From a candidate division FCPU426 bacterium (GTDB lineage Bacteria > Oederibacteriota > Muellerivitia > Muellerivitales > Muellerivitaceae): DNA of 64,000 nucleotides. This document shows, one piece after another, positions 1 to 9,348 of the stretch. Made by a program: the position numbers and the translations under genes. Where the stretch lies: NCBI GenBank assembly GCA_963830915.1, contig CAWHOE010000051.1:119945-183944 (forward strand), given 5' to 3'. The notes under the pieces are model-generated. The model was not told the origin of the DNA. It saw only the letters and a list, made by a program, of their open reading frames with translations, and made no database searches. Every line of letters starts with the position of its first letter. The stretch's first letter is position 1.

Positions 1-2
1 TA

Positions 3-458
3 ACGAGGGTTGAGATCCAAAAGATCGATCCACCCGCGGATATCGTGAACGCCATGAGCGCCCAAATGAAGGCCGAAAGAACGAAAAGAGCGGCGATTAT
101 CGAGGCTGAAGGGATCAAACAGGCGGCAATCACAACGGCCGAGGGTCAAAAACAATCGGCAATCTTGAAAGCTGAAGGAGAGGCTGGTGCCATTGAAAGG
201 GTAGCTACCGCCAACAAGTTCCAAAAGATCGCCTTGGCGGAAGGGGAAGGACAAGCGGTCTTGACGGTATTCAAGGCCATCCATGAAGGGAACCCCACAC
301 AAGATCTGCTGGCATTGAAGTATATGGAAATGCTCAAAAACGTGGCGGATGGTCAAGCTACCAAGATTTTCCTGCCATTGGAAGCGGCGGGAACTCTTGG
401 AGCCTTGGGCACTATCGCCGAGGCTTTTAAGACTGATTTGAAGGGAAAAGGGAAATAA
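3..458 (+). CDS. SPFH/Band 7 (QmcA-like) protein, C-terminal part; begins before the window
   Basis: Frame open from position 3 ([37 protein letters not shown]...AEG repeats...ALKYMEML...ATKIFLP), typical of SPFH C-termini. Confidence 0.88.
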   Translation, partial: TRVEIQKIDPPADIVNAMSAQMKAERTKRAAIIEAEGIKQAAITTAEGQKQSAILKAEGEAGAIERVATANKFQKIALAEGEGQAVLTVFKAIHEGNPTQDLLALKYMEMLKNVADGQATKIFLPLEAAGTLGALGTIAEAFKTDLKGKGK

Positions 459-527
459 GTTCCTACGGGGAGCGTAGAGAGCATGGTTGGTGATTACCAG
501 CCACATTAAGAAAAGGAGAAAGGGAAA

Positions 528-1733
528 ATGGCTACCTACAACAAGATGAGCGTGGAAGATCTTAAACCAGCGGGAAAAAAGGTATTCGTCCGGGTGGATT
601 TCAACGTACCTCAGGATGAGAGCCTAAAGATCACGGACGATACCCGTATCCGCGAGTCACTCAAGACCATTAAGTACCTTTCAGATAAAGGGGCGAAAGT
701 CATCCTTTGTTCCCATTTGGGAAGACCCAAAGGAAAAAAGAACGATAAATACAGTCTGAAACCTGTAGCGGTTCGTTTGGCGGAATTGTTAGGTAAACCG
801 GTTTTGATGCTCCCAGATTGCATAGGGGACGCAGTGAAGGCGGAGATCGCCAAGATGAAGGATGGCGATGTTGCCTTGTTGGAGAATGTTCGATTCTACG
901 AACAAGAGGAAAAAAACGATCCAACCTTCGCCAAACAGCTTTCTGAATTGGCGGAAATCTATGTGAATGACGCCTTTGGGACAGCCCATCGGGCTCACGC
1001 CTCCACCGAAGGCGTTACCAAGTACTTGAAACCTTGTGCGGCGGGATTCCTGATGATGAAGGAGATAAAATACCTAGGTGGGGCGGTTTCCAATCCCGGG
1101 CATCCTTTCGTCGCCATTATCGGGGGCGCAAAGATTTCCGGAAAGATCGATGTCATCTCTAATCTTATGAATGTGGCAGACACTGTCATAGTGGGTGGCG
1201 GGATGGCTTATACCTTTTTCAAGTCCGAGGGATATGAAATCGGGAAGTCTTTATTGGAAGCTGATAAAGTTGAATTGGCCAAAGAAACCTTGGCGAAGTC
1301 CAAGAGGATCAACAAGCCACTGCTCCTGCCGGTCGACAACGTTATCGCACAGGATCTAAAGGAAGGGGTTCCAACAAAAGTTGTTCCGTCAAATCAGATC
1401 CCGGCTGATTGGGAAGGTTTGGATGTTGGGCCTGAAACGTTGAAAAAATATAAGGAAGTTATCTCGAAAGCTAAGACAATTTTTTGGAATGGTCCTGTGG
1501 GGGCTTTTGAGGTAAAACCATTCGACAAGGGAACCATGGAAGTCGCCAAGATGTTGGCTGAAGCTACTGGCCGTGGGGCTGACACTATCGTAGGAGGCGG
1601 AGACTCGGTCGCCGCAGTTACTCAGATGGGTCTTTCCGATAAGATGTCCCATGTTTCTACCGGAGGTGGGGCGTCCTTGGAGTTCATGGAAGGCAAGATT
1701 CTTCCTGGGATCGCGGCTTTATCGGATAAATAG
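528..1733 (+). CDS. pgk: phosphoglycerate kinase
   Basis: VRVDFNVP, SHLGRP, LLENVRF, NDAFGTAHRAHAS, STGGGASLEF motifs; SD AAGGAG. Confidence 0.99.
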   Translation: MATYNKMSVEDLKPAGKKVFVRVDFNVPQDESLKITDDTRIRESLKTIKYLSDKGAKVILCSHLGRPKGKKNDKYSLKPVAVRLAELLGKPVLMLPDCIGDAVKAEIAKMKDGDVALLENVRFYEQEEKNDPTFAKQLSELAEIYVNDAFGTAHRAHASTEGVTKYLKPCAAGFLMMKEIKYLGGAVSNPGHPFVAIIGGAKISGKIDVISNLMNVADTVIVGGGMAYTFFKSEGYEIGKSLLEADKVELAKETLAKSKRINKPLLLPVDNVIAQDLKEGVPTKVVPSNQIPADWEGLDVGPETLKKYKEVISKAKTIFWNGPVGAFEVKPFDKGTMEVAKMLAEATGRGADTIVGGGDSVAAVTQMGLSDKMSHVSTGGGASLEFMEGKILPGIAALSDK

Positions 1734-1752
1734 TAGACAACCAAGTTTTTCG

Positions 1753-1785
1753 AGCGGGTGCCAATTGATTGGCACCCGCTTTTTT
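1753..1785 (+). terminator. intrinsic terminator after pgk
   Basis: AGCGGGTGCCAAT-TG-ATTGGCACCCGCT perfect inverted repeat followed by a T run. Confidence 0.85.
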
Positions 1786-1818
1786 AATACGAATATAAAT
1801 TAATTCAAGGAGATTTCG

Positions 1819-2568
1819 ATGCGTAAACCTGTCTTGGCGGGGAATTGGAAAATGTACAAATCGATCAAAGAGTCGGTCGATTTCGTCAAGGAGCTTCAGG
1901 AAAAATTGAAAAACATCAAGGATCGCGAGATTCTGGTTTGCCCCAGCTATCTTTCCGTGCCAGCGGTTGCGGAAGCCTTAGGCTTCTCTAATATCCAAGT
2001 AGGGTGTCAAGATGCCCATTGGGAGAATGAAGGGGCATATACGGGTAATGTGAGTCCGGCCATGGCGAAGGAAGCAGGAGTCGCTTACATTATCCTGGGA
2101 CATTCCGAGAAAAGACAGTATGACGCCGAAACAGATCAAAGGATCAACAAGAAGCTAAAAAACGTGCTTAAGAATGGGTTGAAAGCCATCGTATGTGTCG
2201 GAGAAACTTTGCAGGAAAGGGAATCATCAAAGACCGAAAAAGTGATCGAAAACCAATTGACGGGGTGCTTTGAAGGTATTGGTTTAGGTGATTTGATGAA
2301 CATTGTGATCGCTTATGAACCGGTTTGGGCTATAGGCACAGGAAAAACGGCAACGCCGGAGCAAGCCAATGAAGTTCATGCGTTTATAAGGGGTTGGATC
2401 GGAAAGAAGTTCAATCAAGAAGCGGCCGATGCGATGAGGATCCAATATGGAGGAAGCGTTAAACCGGAGAATATTAAGCAATTAATGGACCAACCGGATA
2501 TCGATGGCGCCTTGGTCGGAGGAGCTAGCCTAAAAGTCGATTCTTTTTCCGCCATTGCAGGGTACTAA
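1819..2568 (+). CDS. tpiA: triosephosphate isomerase
   Basis: AGNWKM, GHSE, AYEPVWAIGTG, YGGSVK, LVGGASL. Confidence 0.99.
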   Translation: MRKPVLAGNWKMYKSIKESVDFVKELQEKLKNIKDREILVCPSYLSVPAVAEALGFSNIQVGCQDAHWENEGAYTGNVSPAMAKEAGVAYIILGHSEKRQYDAETDQRINKKLKNVLKNGLKAIVCVGETLQERESSKTEKVIENQLTGCFEGIGLGDLMNIVIAYEPVWAIGTGKTATPEQANEVHAFIRGWIGKKFNQEAADAMRIQYGGSVKPENIKQLMDQPDIDGALVGGASLKVDSFSAIAGY

Positions 2569-2619
2569 AACCGATTTGGTTTAAAAGTTTTATTGGAAAT
2601 TAGTGGCTGGTTTCATTTA

Positions 2620-2639
2620 AAATGAAACCAGTTTCATTT
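2620..2639. promoter_or_regulatory. palindromic LacI-type operator candidate
   Basis: AAATGAAAC-CA-GTTTCATTT; the core TGAAACCAGTTTCA is one base from the palindrome TGAAACCGGTTTCA; upstream of secG and a LacI gene. Confidence 0.55.
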
Positions 2640-2655
2640 AAACCTAAGGAGTAAC

Positions 2656-3051
2656 ATGACTGTCTTAATCACCATCTTGTTTGTTTTGACATCTTTTCTT
2701 CTGGTCGGTGTAGTTTTGATTCAGCAGCCCAAAACATCAGGGGGATTATTTTCCGGAACTGGACAGAGTCTATTGGGAACTGGAGGTAAAACATTTTGGA
2801 CGAAGTTCACAGTCATTGTGGCCGCTGTTTTTATGACCTTGTGTTTGATATTGTCTGTCATTCCACGTTTGGAAAAACCAGGAAGTTCAATAGCTGATAT
2901 CATTGAGAAGCAACAGCAAGCCGCTCATCCGGGGGGGGCTGCGCAGTCTGGCACCGCACCCGCTCAGGCTGCTTCTGATACCAAGTCAAATCCTGCGCCG
3001 CAGGCAGTACCTGGGTTACCGAACCCGAGCAATCAACCGGCTACGAAATAA
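2656..3051 (+). CDS. secG: preprotein translocase subunit SecG
   Basis: Two TM segments around LIQQPKTSGGLFSG...KFT; conserved tpiA-secG order. Confidence 0.9.
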   Translation: MTVLITILFVLTSFLLVGVVLIQQPKTSGGLFSGTGQSLLGTGGKTFWTKFTVIVAAVFMTLCLILSVIPRLEKPGSSIADIIEKQQQAAHPGGAAQSGTAPAQAASDTKSNPAPQAVPGLPNPSNQPATK

Positions 3052-3102
3052 TATTGTTGATGGATTTAGCTTTTTAATAAATTAAGCAGGAGTGAAAACG
3101 AT

Positions 3103-4167
3103 ATGATAGGTGGAAGCGGATCCAGATCTACACTAAAGCAAATAGCTAAATATTGCGGTGTTTCCCATACGACCGTTTCCATGGTCATCAACCAAAATCC
3201 AAGGATATCAGCTGAGACCCGGGAAAAGGTTATGGCCGCCATCAAGAAGTTCAATTATTACCCAAACGTAGCGGCTCGTAGTCTGGTCATGTCCAGGACG
3301 AATACGATCGGTATTTTCGGCACCATGTTCGATTCCCCTTATTACAATGAGATTATTCGCGGTATTGAGATGGAATGTCGTCACGCTAATGTCGACCTGA
3401 AGATCTATAACTGCAACGGTAGCCTTGAGGATTTCAACGATATCTATGACCGTATTCTTGGCGAGCGTCGAATTGACGCTGTTATCGCTCTTTCTGTGCC
3501 GATGGAAGACGCTGTTTTAGACCGATTCCGCAAGGAAGAATTGCCTCTGATTATTTTGCAACCAGTGGCTATTGAAGGACCCAATCATTTATTGGAAAAA
3601 ATACCTACCCTTCAAGCGGAAGACCATAAAGGAATCTATAAAGCGGTTTCGTATCTTATTTCCCTTGGGCACAAAAGGATCGGTTTTGTGAATGGACCTG
3701 AGCATTTAAAAATCTGTCAGGACCGTCAATCGGGATATCGGGAAGCCCTTCGGGATAACAACATTCCCTATCAAGAATTCATGGTTGCCTATTCGCATTT
3801 CCGTCCGGACGCTTTCACAATGGACGCGGGTTATCAATTGGGAAGGGAACTTTTGGATAGGATCCCGGATATGACCGCCATTTGTTGCGTTTCGGATACC
3901 ATGGCAATCGGTGTCATGAAAGCAGCCCGCCATAAGGGTAAGTCGGTACCTGAAAACGTCTCTATTATTGGATTCGATGATACCTATGTGGCTCGCTTAG
4001 CTGATCCATCCCTGACAACCCTGCATCAGCCCCTTTTGGAGATGGGGAAAGCTTCGGTGACCATCGCTCACTCGATCTTGAATGGGAAAGCAGTCGAATA
4101 CCTTCATCGGGGCTTCGACGTGGAATTGATCATCCGAGAATCAACCGCTAAGCCTCGGAAGAAATAA
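3103..4167 (+). CDS. LacI family transcriptional regulator
   Basis: HTH TLKQIAKYCGVSHTTVSMVIN, YYPNVAARSL, VSIIGFDD, LTTLHQP, LIIREST. Confidence 0.95.
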   Translation: MIGGSGSRSTLKQIAKYCGVSHTTVSMVINQNPRISAETREKVMAAIKKFNYYPNVAARSLVMSRTNTIGIFGTMFDSPYYNEIIRGIEMECRHANVDLKIYNCNGSLEDFNDIYDRILGERRIDAVIALSVPMEDAVLDRFRKEELPLIILQPVAIEGPNHLLEKIPTLQAEDHKGIYKAVSYLISLGHKRIGFVNGPEHLKICQDRQSGYREALRDNNIPYQEFMVAYSHFRPDAFTMDAGYQLGRELLDRIPDMTAICCVSDTMAIGVMKAARHKGKSVPENVSIIGFDDTYVARLADPSLTTLHQPLLEMGKASVTIAHSILNGKAVEYLHRGFDVELIIRESTAKPRKK

Positions 4168-4216
4168 TACTTTTCTTCTAGGATTTATTCTCGTTTGTTT
4201 TCCTATAATGACCAAT

Positions 4217-5836
4217 ATGTTCACTCATCTAACATTTCCAAGACGTATCTTTGGATGTTTGCTAAGCGCTTGCTTGGTTTGGCTTTCATTCCCGAATTTC
4301 ATTGAAAAATCAATTGATCCTTGGGGCGCTCCATTAGCTTGGATCGCGCTGGTTCCTTTATTCATCGCACTGAGGGGAACTTCGGCCAAACAAAGCGCAT
4401 GGTTGGGTTTCGTTTTTGGGTTTTCGCAATTAGGTTCAATAGTCTATTGGATCGCCATTTTGGAAGAAGCTAAATACCTTGGTTTTTGGGCATGGGGAGC
4501 TCTTGTTTTATATTTGAGTATTTATTTTCTTATATTCGGCTGGCTCTACACCCGATCGATGGAAAAACTCAAACTTCCAGGACTTTGGGCGGCTCCTTTC
4601 ATTTGGGTGGCTTTGGAATATATCCGAGGGTCACGGCCATGGGGTGGTTTTAATTGGGGCGAGATAGGATTCACTCAAGCTTCGAATCCTTCACTACTGT
4701 TTGTGACTTCTTTTACGGGTATATACGGGATGACATTTTTAATCGTTTGGGTGAACGCGGCTTTCTCTGATGGGATTTACCGGTTAGGGGATCCATTGGT
4801 TGATTCGTCCCAAAAGCGTTTGAAAATGACAAGCCTCAAATATTTTCTTCTGCCGATACTGGTCATGGGCGCTTTCTGGGGCATTGGAAAATATGAGATC
4901 GAATCAACGGTATTAACGAAAACGGGTACTGTTGTTTTATTACAACCGAACATCGACCAGTCGGTTAAATGGAGCCGAGCGTTTGAAAAGGAAACCTATG
5001 CTAGGTATGAAAAGTTATTGACGGCTTCGGCTCCTTTACGGCCAGACTTGATCTTATGGCCGGAAACCGGAGCCCCTGCTTATTTATTATGGGACCCAAA
5101 GGTTTTAGCGATGGTTTCAGGGATGGTGAAAAGAACCGGGACTCCTCAATTGGTTGGATGTTTGGATATTGAGAATGATAAGAAAGGAACCATCCGTTAT
5201 TACAATGCGGCGGTTCACTTTGATATGTCGGGAAAACCCAAAGGTGTCTATAGGAAGAGGCATTTGGTACCCTTTGGAGAATTCATACCATTTCAAAAAT
5301 ATCTGAAATTTCTTGGCCCTATTGTCAGCAATCTAGGCAGTTTTGACTCTGGTAAAGAATACCAAAAGTTCCAAGCTAAAACCTTTACTTATTCCCCGAA
5401 TATTTGTTATGAGGCTGTCTTTTCAAATGATGTCCGGCAGTCCTTGGCGAATCAGGCTGACGCAATTGTCAACATCAGCAATGACGCTTGGTATGGTCAT
5501 ACAGCGGCGGCATTCCAACATGCCTTGATGGAAGTAACAAGATCAGCCGAGGAGCGAAGACCTTTGCTGAGAGCCGCGAACACTGGTATTTCCTTGGTGA
5601 CCGACCCTTTCGGCAGGATCATCCAATGGTCCCCTTTCTTTACCCAGGAACCCCTCCAAGGGGATGTGTTGATAGCGTCCAATAATCAAACCTTTTATTT
5701 CAAATACGGGAATTGGCTTCCTAGGTTATGTGTATTAATCACTTTTGGTTTGATTCTGATCCTTGTTTGGAAACGTAATAAGGAAAGGATATTCGCAAGG
5801 AACAATCAATTGTTCGACCGTATTCATTCACTCTGA
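4217..5836 (+). CDS. lnt: apolipoprotein N-acyltransferase
   Basis: Multi-TM N-terminus; LQPNI, WPETG, YRKRHLVPFGEF, ICYE, NISNDAWY, RAANTGIS; start 4217 preferred, 4208 possible. Confidence 0.95.
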   Translation: MFTHLTFPRRIFGCLLSACLVWLSFPNFIEKSIDPWGAPLAWIALVPLFIALRGTSAKQSAWLGFVFGFSQLGSIVYWIAILEEAKYLGFWAWGALVLYLSIYFLIFGWLYTRSMEKLKLPGLWAAPFIWVALEYIRGSRPWGGFNWGEIGFTQASNPSLLFVTSFTGIYGMTFLIVWVNAAFSDGIYRLGDPLVDSSQKRLKMTSLKYFLLPILVMGAFWGIGKYEIESTVLTKTGTVVLLQPNIDQSVKWSRAFEKETYARYEKLLTASAPLRPDLILWPETGAPAYLLWDPKVLAMVSGMVKRTGTPQLVGCLDIENDKKGTIRYYNAAVHFDMSGKPKGVYRKRHLVPFGEFIPFQKYLKFLGPIVSNLGSFDSGKEYQKFQAKTFTYSPNICYEAVFSNDVRQSLANQADAIVNISNDAWYGHTAAAFQHALMEVTRSAEERRPLLRAANTGISLVTDPFGRIIQWSPFFTQEPLQGDVLIASNNQTFYFKYGNWLPRLCVLITFGLILILVWKRNKERIFARNNQLFDRIHSL

Positions 5837-5839
5837 ACC

Positions 5840-6220
5840 ATGGCTCGACCCCAAAACCCCCAACTACTTAAAGTTGCATCGGTCGATGAATTGAAAGATG
5901 GCCAATCAAAAAAGTTCAATGTTAAGCGCGGGGAACTGGTGACGGAAGCTTTTCTCATTCGATTTAATGGAGGTTATTTCGCCTATTTAAATCTTTGCCG
6001 TCATTGGACCGTTGGCCTGGATTTTGATGACAACGATTTCTTTTCAGAGGACAAAAAATGGCTGGTTTGCAAGAACCACGGGGCTGTTTATCATCCGGAA
6101 ACGGGGCAATGCGCGGGAGGGCCGTGCAATGGGGCCGGCTTATACCAGGTCCCATTGGCCGAACGAAAAGGGAATCTCTATGCCGATATCAAAGGGATTG
6201 ATTGGGGTATAACGGAATGA
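5840..6220 (+). CDS. Rieske [2Fe-2S] ferredoxin-like protein
   Basis: CRH...CKNHG Rieske ligands and GPC. Confidence 0.88.
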   Translation: MARPQNPQLLKVASVDELKDGQSKKFNVKRGELVTEAFLIRFNGGYFAYLNLCRHWTVGLDFDDNDFFSEDKKWLVCKNHGAVYHPETGQCAGGPCNGAGLYQVPLAERKGNLYADIKGIDWGITE

Positions 6221-7276
6221 TCAGATAGGATGCAAACCGCGGCGGGTCAACCCGGTCGTTTCATCCAATCCGAACATAAGATTCATGTTTTGGACCCCGA
6301 CATGGGCTCCGCCCTTACCGATACTATCGAGAACACTGAAGACCACGATACGATCCCTGGTCTCATCCACATCTAGGCCGATGTAGGAGAAGTTCGTTCC
6401 TGATACGCTATTGACCCAGGGATAGGGTTTATATTGCCAGGAAACACCCTGCTCTTTTGGAAGGTCGTATACTTTTACGAAATATTCATTCTTGTAAAAT
6501 TCCTTATATAAACCCAGAAGTTTTGTTCGAGTGACTTTTTTCTTTGGAAAAACATGGCACACATCCAGGATCCCTCGGACGATCGGAACGTAGACAGGGG
6601 TGAAATGAACTTTCACCTTTCCCTTGGAAAGTGCCCCCAACTCCTGTTCCATCTCATGGGTATGCCTATGGCCTACCACATTGTAGGGGATAAGGTTGTT
6701 ACCTATCTCGGCGTGATGCGCGGGACGGGACAGATCGGCGCCGATACCAGCGGTTCCGGAAAGACCGTCGACAACGATCTTGGCTGTATCGATCAACCCT
6801 TCTTTAACCAGAGGGGCCAAACCAAGAATGGCTGCTGACGCAAAACAACCTGGATTGGCGATGAGATCAGATTTCTTGATCGCTTCTCGGTGCAATTCGG
6901 CGATCCCATAAACGGCTTTCCGAACAAGGTCCCAACTTTTATGTTTTTTCTGATAGACCTTTTCCCAGTTTTTCCTGTCCGTTAAGCGAAAGTCTGCTCC
7001 AAGGTCGATGACCTTGCATCCTTTTTTCAAGAACTGAGGGGCCAACTCCATTGGAACGCCAGTCGGTAAAGCCATGAATACAACATCGCAGGGCGTTGTC
7101 TGGTCTGGACGTATGAAATGAATACCTGCATCGTAAAGGTTCGGATGGTAATCGGAAACCTGTGAGTCGCTTCGACTGGTGGCCCAAGCAATCTCGACTT
7201 CAGGATGATCCATCAGGACTCGGAGTACCTCGCCGCCCATATAACCGGTGGCGCCGTAGATTCCAGCCTTTATCAT
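6221..7276 (-). CDS. argC: N-acetyl-gamma-glutamyl-phosphate reductase family (ArgC/LysY-like)
   Basis: GATGYMG, IDLGADFRL, IANPGC, HRH, KGGA...QNMNLMFG. Confidence 0.88.
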   Translation of the reverse strand: MIKAGIYGATGYMGGEVLRVLMDHPEVEIAWATSRSDSQVSDYHPNLYDAGIHFIRPDQTTPCDVVFMALPTGVPMELAPQFLKKGCKVIDLGADFRLTDRKNWEKVYQKKHKSWDLVRKAVYGIAELHREAIKKSDLIANPGCFASAAILGLAPLVKEGLIDTAKIVVDGLSGTAGIGADLSRPAHHAEIGNNLIPYNVVGHRHTHEMEQELGALSKGKVKVHFTPVYVPIVRGILDVCHVFPKKKVTRTKLLGLYKEFYKNEYFVKVYDLPKEQGVSWQYKPYPWVNSVSGTNFSYIGLDVDETRDRIVVFSVLDSIGKGGAHVGVQNMNLMFGLDETTGLTRRGLHPI

Positions 7277-7314
7277 GGAAGGCCTCCTAAGCTTGAAGGA
7301 ATAAGAAGAATTAA

Positions 7315-7390
7315 TGGCGACCCCAACGGGAGTCGAACCCGTGTTGCCGGGATGAAAACCCGGTGTCCTAGGCCACTAGACGATGGGGTC
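7315..7390 (-). tRNA. tRNA-Glu(TTC)
   Basis: Cloverleaf GACCCCA...TGGGGTC-G-CCA; anticodon arm CCGGG-TT-TTC-AT-CCCGG. Confidence 0.97.
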
Positions 7391-7426
7391 GCATGAAACC
7401 GCTTTAAAACGTTCAAAAGAGAGCAA

Positions 7427-7455
7427 ATTCTAGGTGACCATTCATGGGAAGTCAA
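7427..7455 (-). promoter_or_regulatory. sigma70 promoter for tRNA-Glu (and possibly argC)
   Basis: TTGACT-17 nt-TAGAAT on the minus strand. Confidence 0.75.
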
Positions 7456-7624
7456 GGAAAGGAACCTATCCGACAACTGATTAAACCATGCATTAGGGCT
7501 CAAGGGTTGAAAAAGAATGAAAGAGACGCTTGGGGAAGCGCTTTTAAATTAATTGAAAAAGTGAGATGACGATACCCGTTGGAAAAGATTATGATAACCA
7601 AGCTATTTTCAAATGGAGGGACCC

Positions 7625-8167
7625 ATGATGCGGAATGGATTGGCTTTGTTGTTCTGTGGATTATTAATCGCTGGATGCGGAGGAAACAGGATGGCTGATA
7701 AAGATAGCAAGGCCGGGGTTGAAAGTCAGGTGGCATCCGGAAATCCGAAAGTTTTGTTTGAGACTACCCAAGGTTCCTTTACGGTAGAACTTTTCGCCGA
7801 TGTTCCTACAACGACCAAGAATTTCGTAGATCTTGTTTCATCCGGATTTTATAACGGACTTACCTTTCACCGGTATGTGCCAGGATTCGTTATTCAGGGA
7901 GGGGATCCATCAGGTACGGGAGGTGGTGGATCGGAAAAAACCATACCATTGGAAATCGTTCCAACCCATAAACATGATAAAGGGGCTATGGGAATGGCAA
8001 GAAACAGTGATCCTAACTCGGCATCGAGCCAATTTTATTTCTGTTTAGCGGATGCGCATAATTTGGACGGCGGATATACAGTTTTTGGCCAGGTTATTGA
8101 TGGGATGGATAATGTTATGAAATTAAGGCAAGGGGATAAAATGACGAAAGTTACCCTTGTTAAATAA
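7625..8167 (+). CDS. cyclophilin-type peptidyl-prolyl isomerase, lipoprotein
   Basis: Lipobox LIAGC; FYNGLTFHRYVPGFVIQGGDP, SASSQFY, YTVFGQV; SD GGAGG before ATG 7625. Confidence 0.93.
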   Translation: MMRNGLALLFCGLLIAGCGGNRMADKDSKAGVESQVASGNPKVLFETTQGSFTVELFADVPTTTKNFVDLVSSGFYNGLTFHRYVPGFVIQGGDPSGTGGGGSEKTIPLEIVPTHKHDKGAMGMARNSDPNSASSQFYFCLADAHNLDGGYTVFGQVIDGMDNVMKLRQGDKMTKVTLVK

Positions 8168-8239
8168 TTGTGCTTTAAAAAAATTTAACAACCTCTATTG
8201 AAAGCTTAAAAATCAGCCAAACTGAACGGAGTAAGTGAA

Positions 8240-9277
8240 ATGGCCATTACGATCAAGGATGTAGCCCTTCGGGCCGGCGTTTCAGTCGCGACTGTTTCAA
8301 GGGTTGTGAATCAGAAAGATATCCACAAAGTCGGTTTAAAAACCCAGCAACGAATTGAAAAGATCCTTAAAGAACTTGGTTATTACCCGAACACTATGGC
8401 GCGTGGACTTAAAACACGTCGTACTTATAACATCGGTGTTGTTTTCTTTTGGTATGACAAACCTTCCTTAAGTGATTTTTATCTCACGCGTGTTTTGGAC
8501 GGCATCATTAGTTTTATCAGCGAGAAACGATATAACATTCTGATGAATACATTCAGCAGACAGATCCAGAACGAGGGAATATACGCTAACTTTGTTAATT
8601 CTGGCCTTTTGGACGGGGTGTTGGCGATTGCGCCTCCGGTTGAGTCTCGATTTTTTCAGGATTTAAAACAAGGTTCTTTGCCCTATGTTTTGGTTAATTA
8701 TCAAGTCAATGATCCGGATGTTTGTTTCGTCGATTGCCTGAATACCCAAGGAATCATCGATGTGGTTGATCATTTGATCGCTTTGGATCACAAACGGATC
8801 GGCTTTATATCGGGTGATATCGAATATTCCAAGAATTCCCTGGATCGATATAACGCTTTTAAATACATTCTCAAAAAACGCGGGTTGCCATTACATGACG
8901 AGCATATCTTCTTTGGAAATTGGACTGAAGTGTCGGGTACTAAAGCCGTTGAAGCCTTCTGGAAAACCAAAAATCCTCCTACGGCCATCATTGCAGGGAA
9001 TGACACAATGGCGTTGGGTGCTTGGAAAGAACTTGAAAGAAGAGGGCTGAAAGTGCCCATGGATGTTGCGGTTTGCGGTTTTGATGACCTTGCGTCCGAA
9101 TCTGGATTGACTACTGTTCACCAACCAGCTTTTGATATGGGTTTTGAAGCTGCGAAGATGCTATGGAATCAGATAGAGAAAAAACCACTTGATTATATGC
9201 ATCGCTTTTTCCCGACTAAATTGGTGGTCCGGGAGAGTTGTGGGTATTATTTGAAAAATTCTCACGAAAAAAAGTAG
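8240..9277 (+). CDS. LacI family transcriptional regulator
   Basis: TIKDVALRAGVSVATVSRVVN, YYPNTMARGL, GFDD, LTTVHQP, LVVRESC. Confidence 0.95.
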   Translation: MAITIKDVALRAGVSVATVSRVVNQKDIHKVGLKTQQRIEKILKELGYYPNTMARGLKTRRTYNIGVVFFWYDKPSLSDFYLTRVLDGIISFISEKRYNILMNTFSRQIQNEGIYANFVNSGLLDGVLAIAPPVESRFFQDLKQGSLPYVLVNYQVNDPDVCFVDCLNTQGIIDVVDHLIALDHKRIGFISGDIEYSKNSLDRYNAFKYILKKRGLPLHDEHIFFGNWTEVSGTKAVEAFWKTKNPPTAIIAGNDTMALGAWKELERRGLKVPMDVAVCGFDDLASESGLTTVHQPAFDMGFEAAKMLWNQIEKKPLDYMHRFFPTKLVVRESCGYYLKNSHEKK

Positions 9278-9287
9278 TTATCATTTA

Positions 9288-9318
9288 ATAAACCGGTTTT
9301 TGTTTTGAATCGGTTTTA
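9288..9318. promoter_or_regulatory. tandem LacI-type operator candidates
   Basis: AAACCGGTTT palindrome (9290-9299) and GAATCGGTTT (9307-9316) between the LacI gene and the glycosidase. Confidence 0.5.
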
Positions 9319-9348
9319 CACACCTTTTTGAAAAGGAGCTTTGATTTC

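Noticed and set aside
1753..1785. Terminator splitting pgk from tpiA, with no gap gene upstream, as a novelty
   Set aside because: Rearranged glycolytic operons are common
7273..7503. 76 aa minus-strand ORF and 63 aa plus-strand ORF at 7205-7396
   Set aside because: Both run across tRNA-Glu
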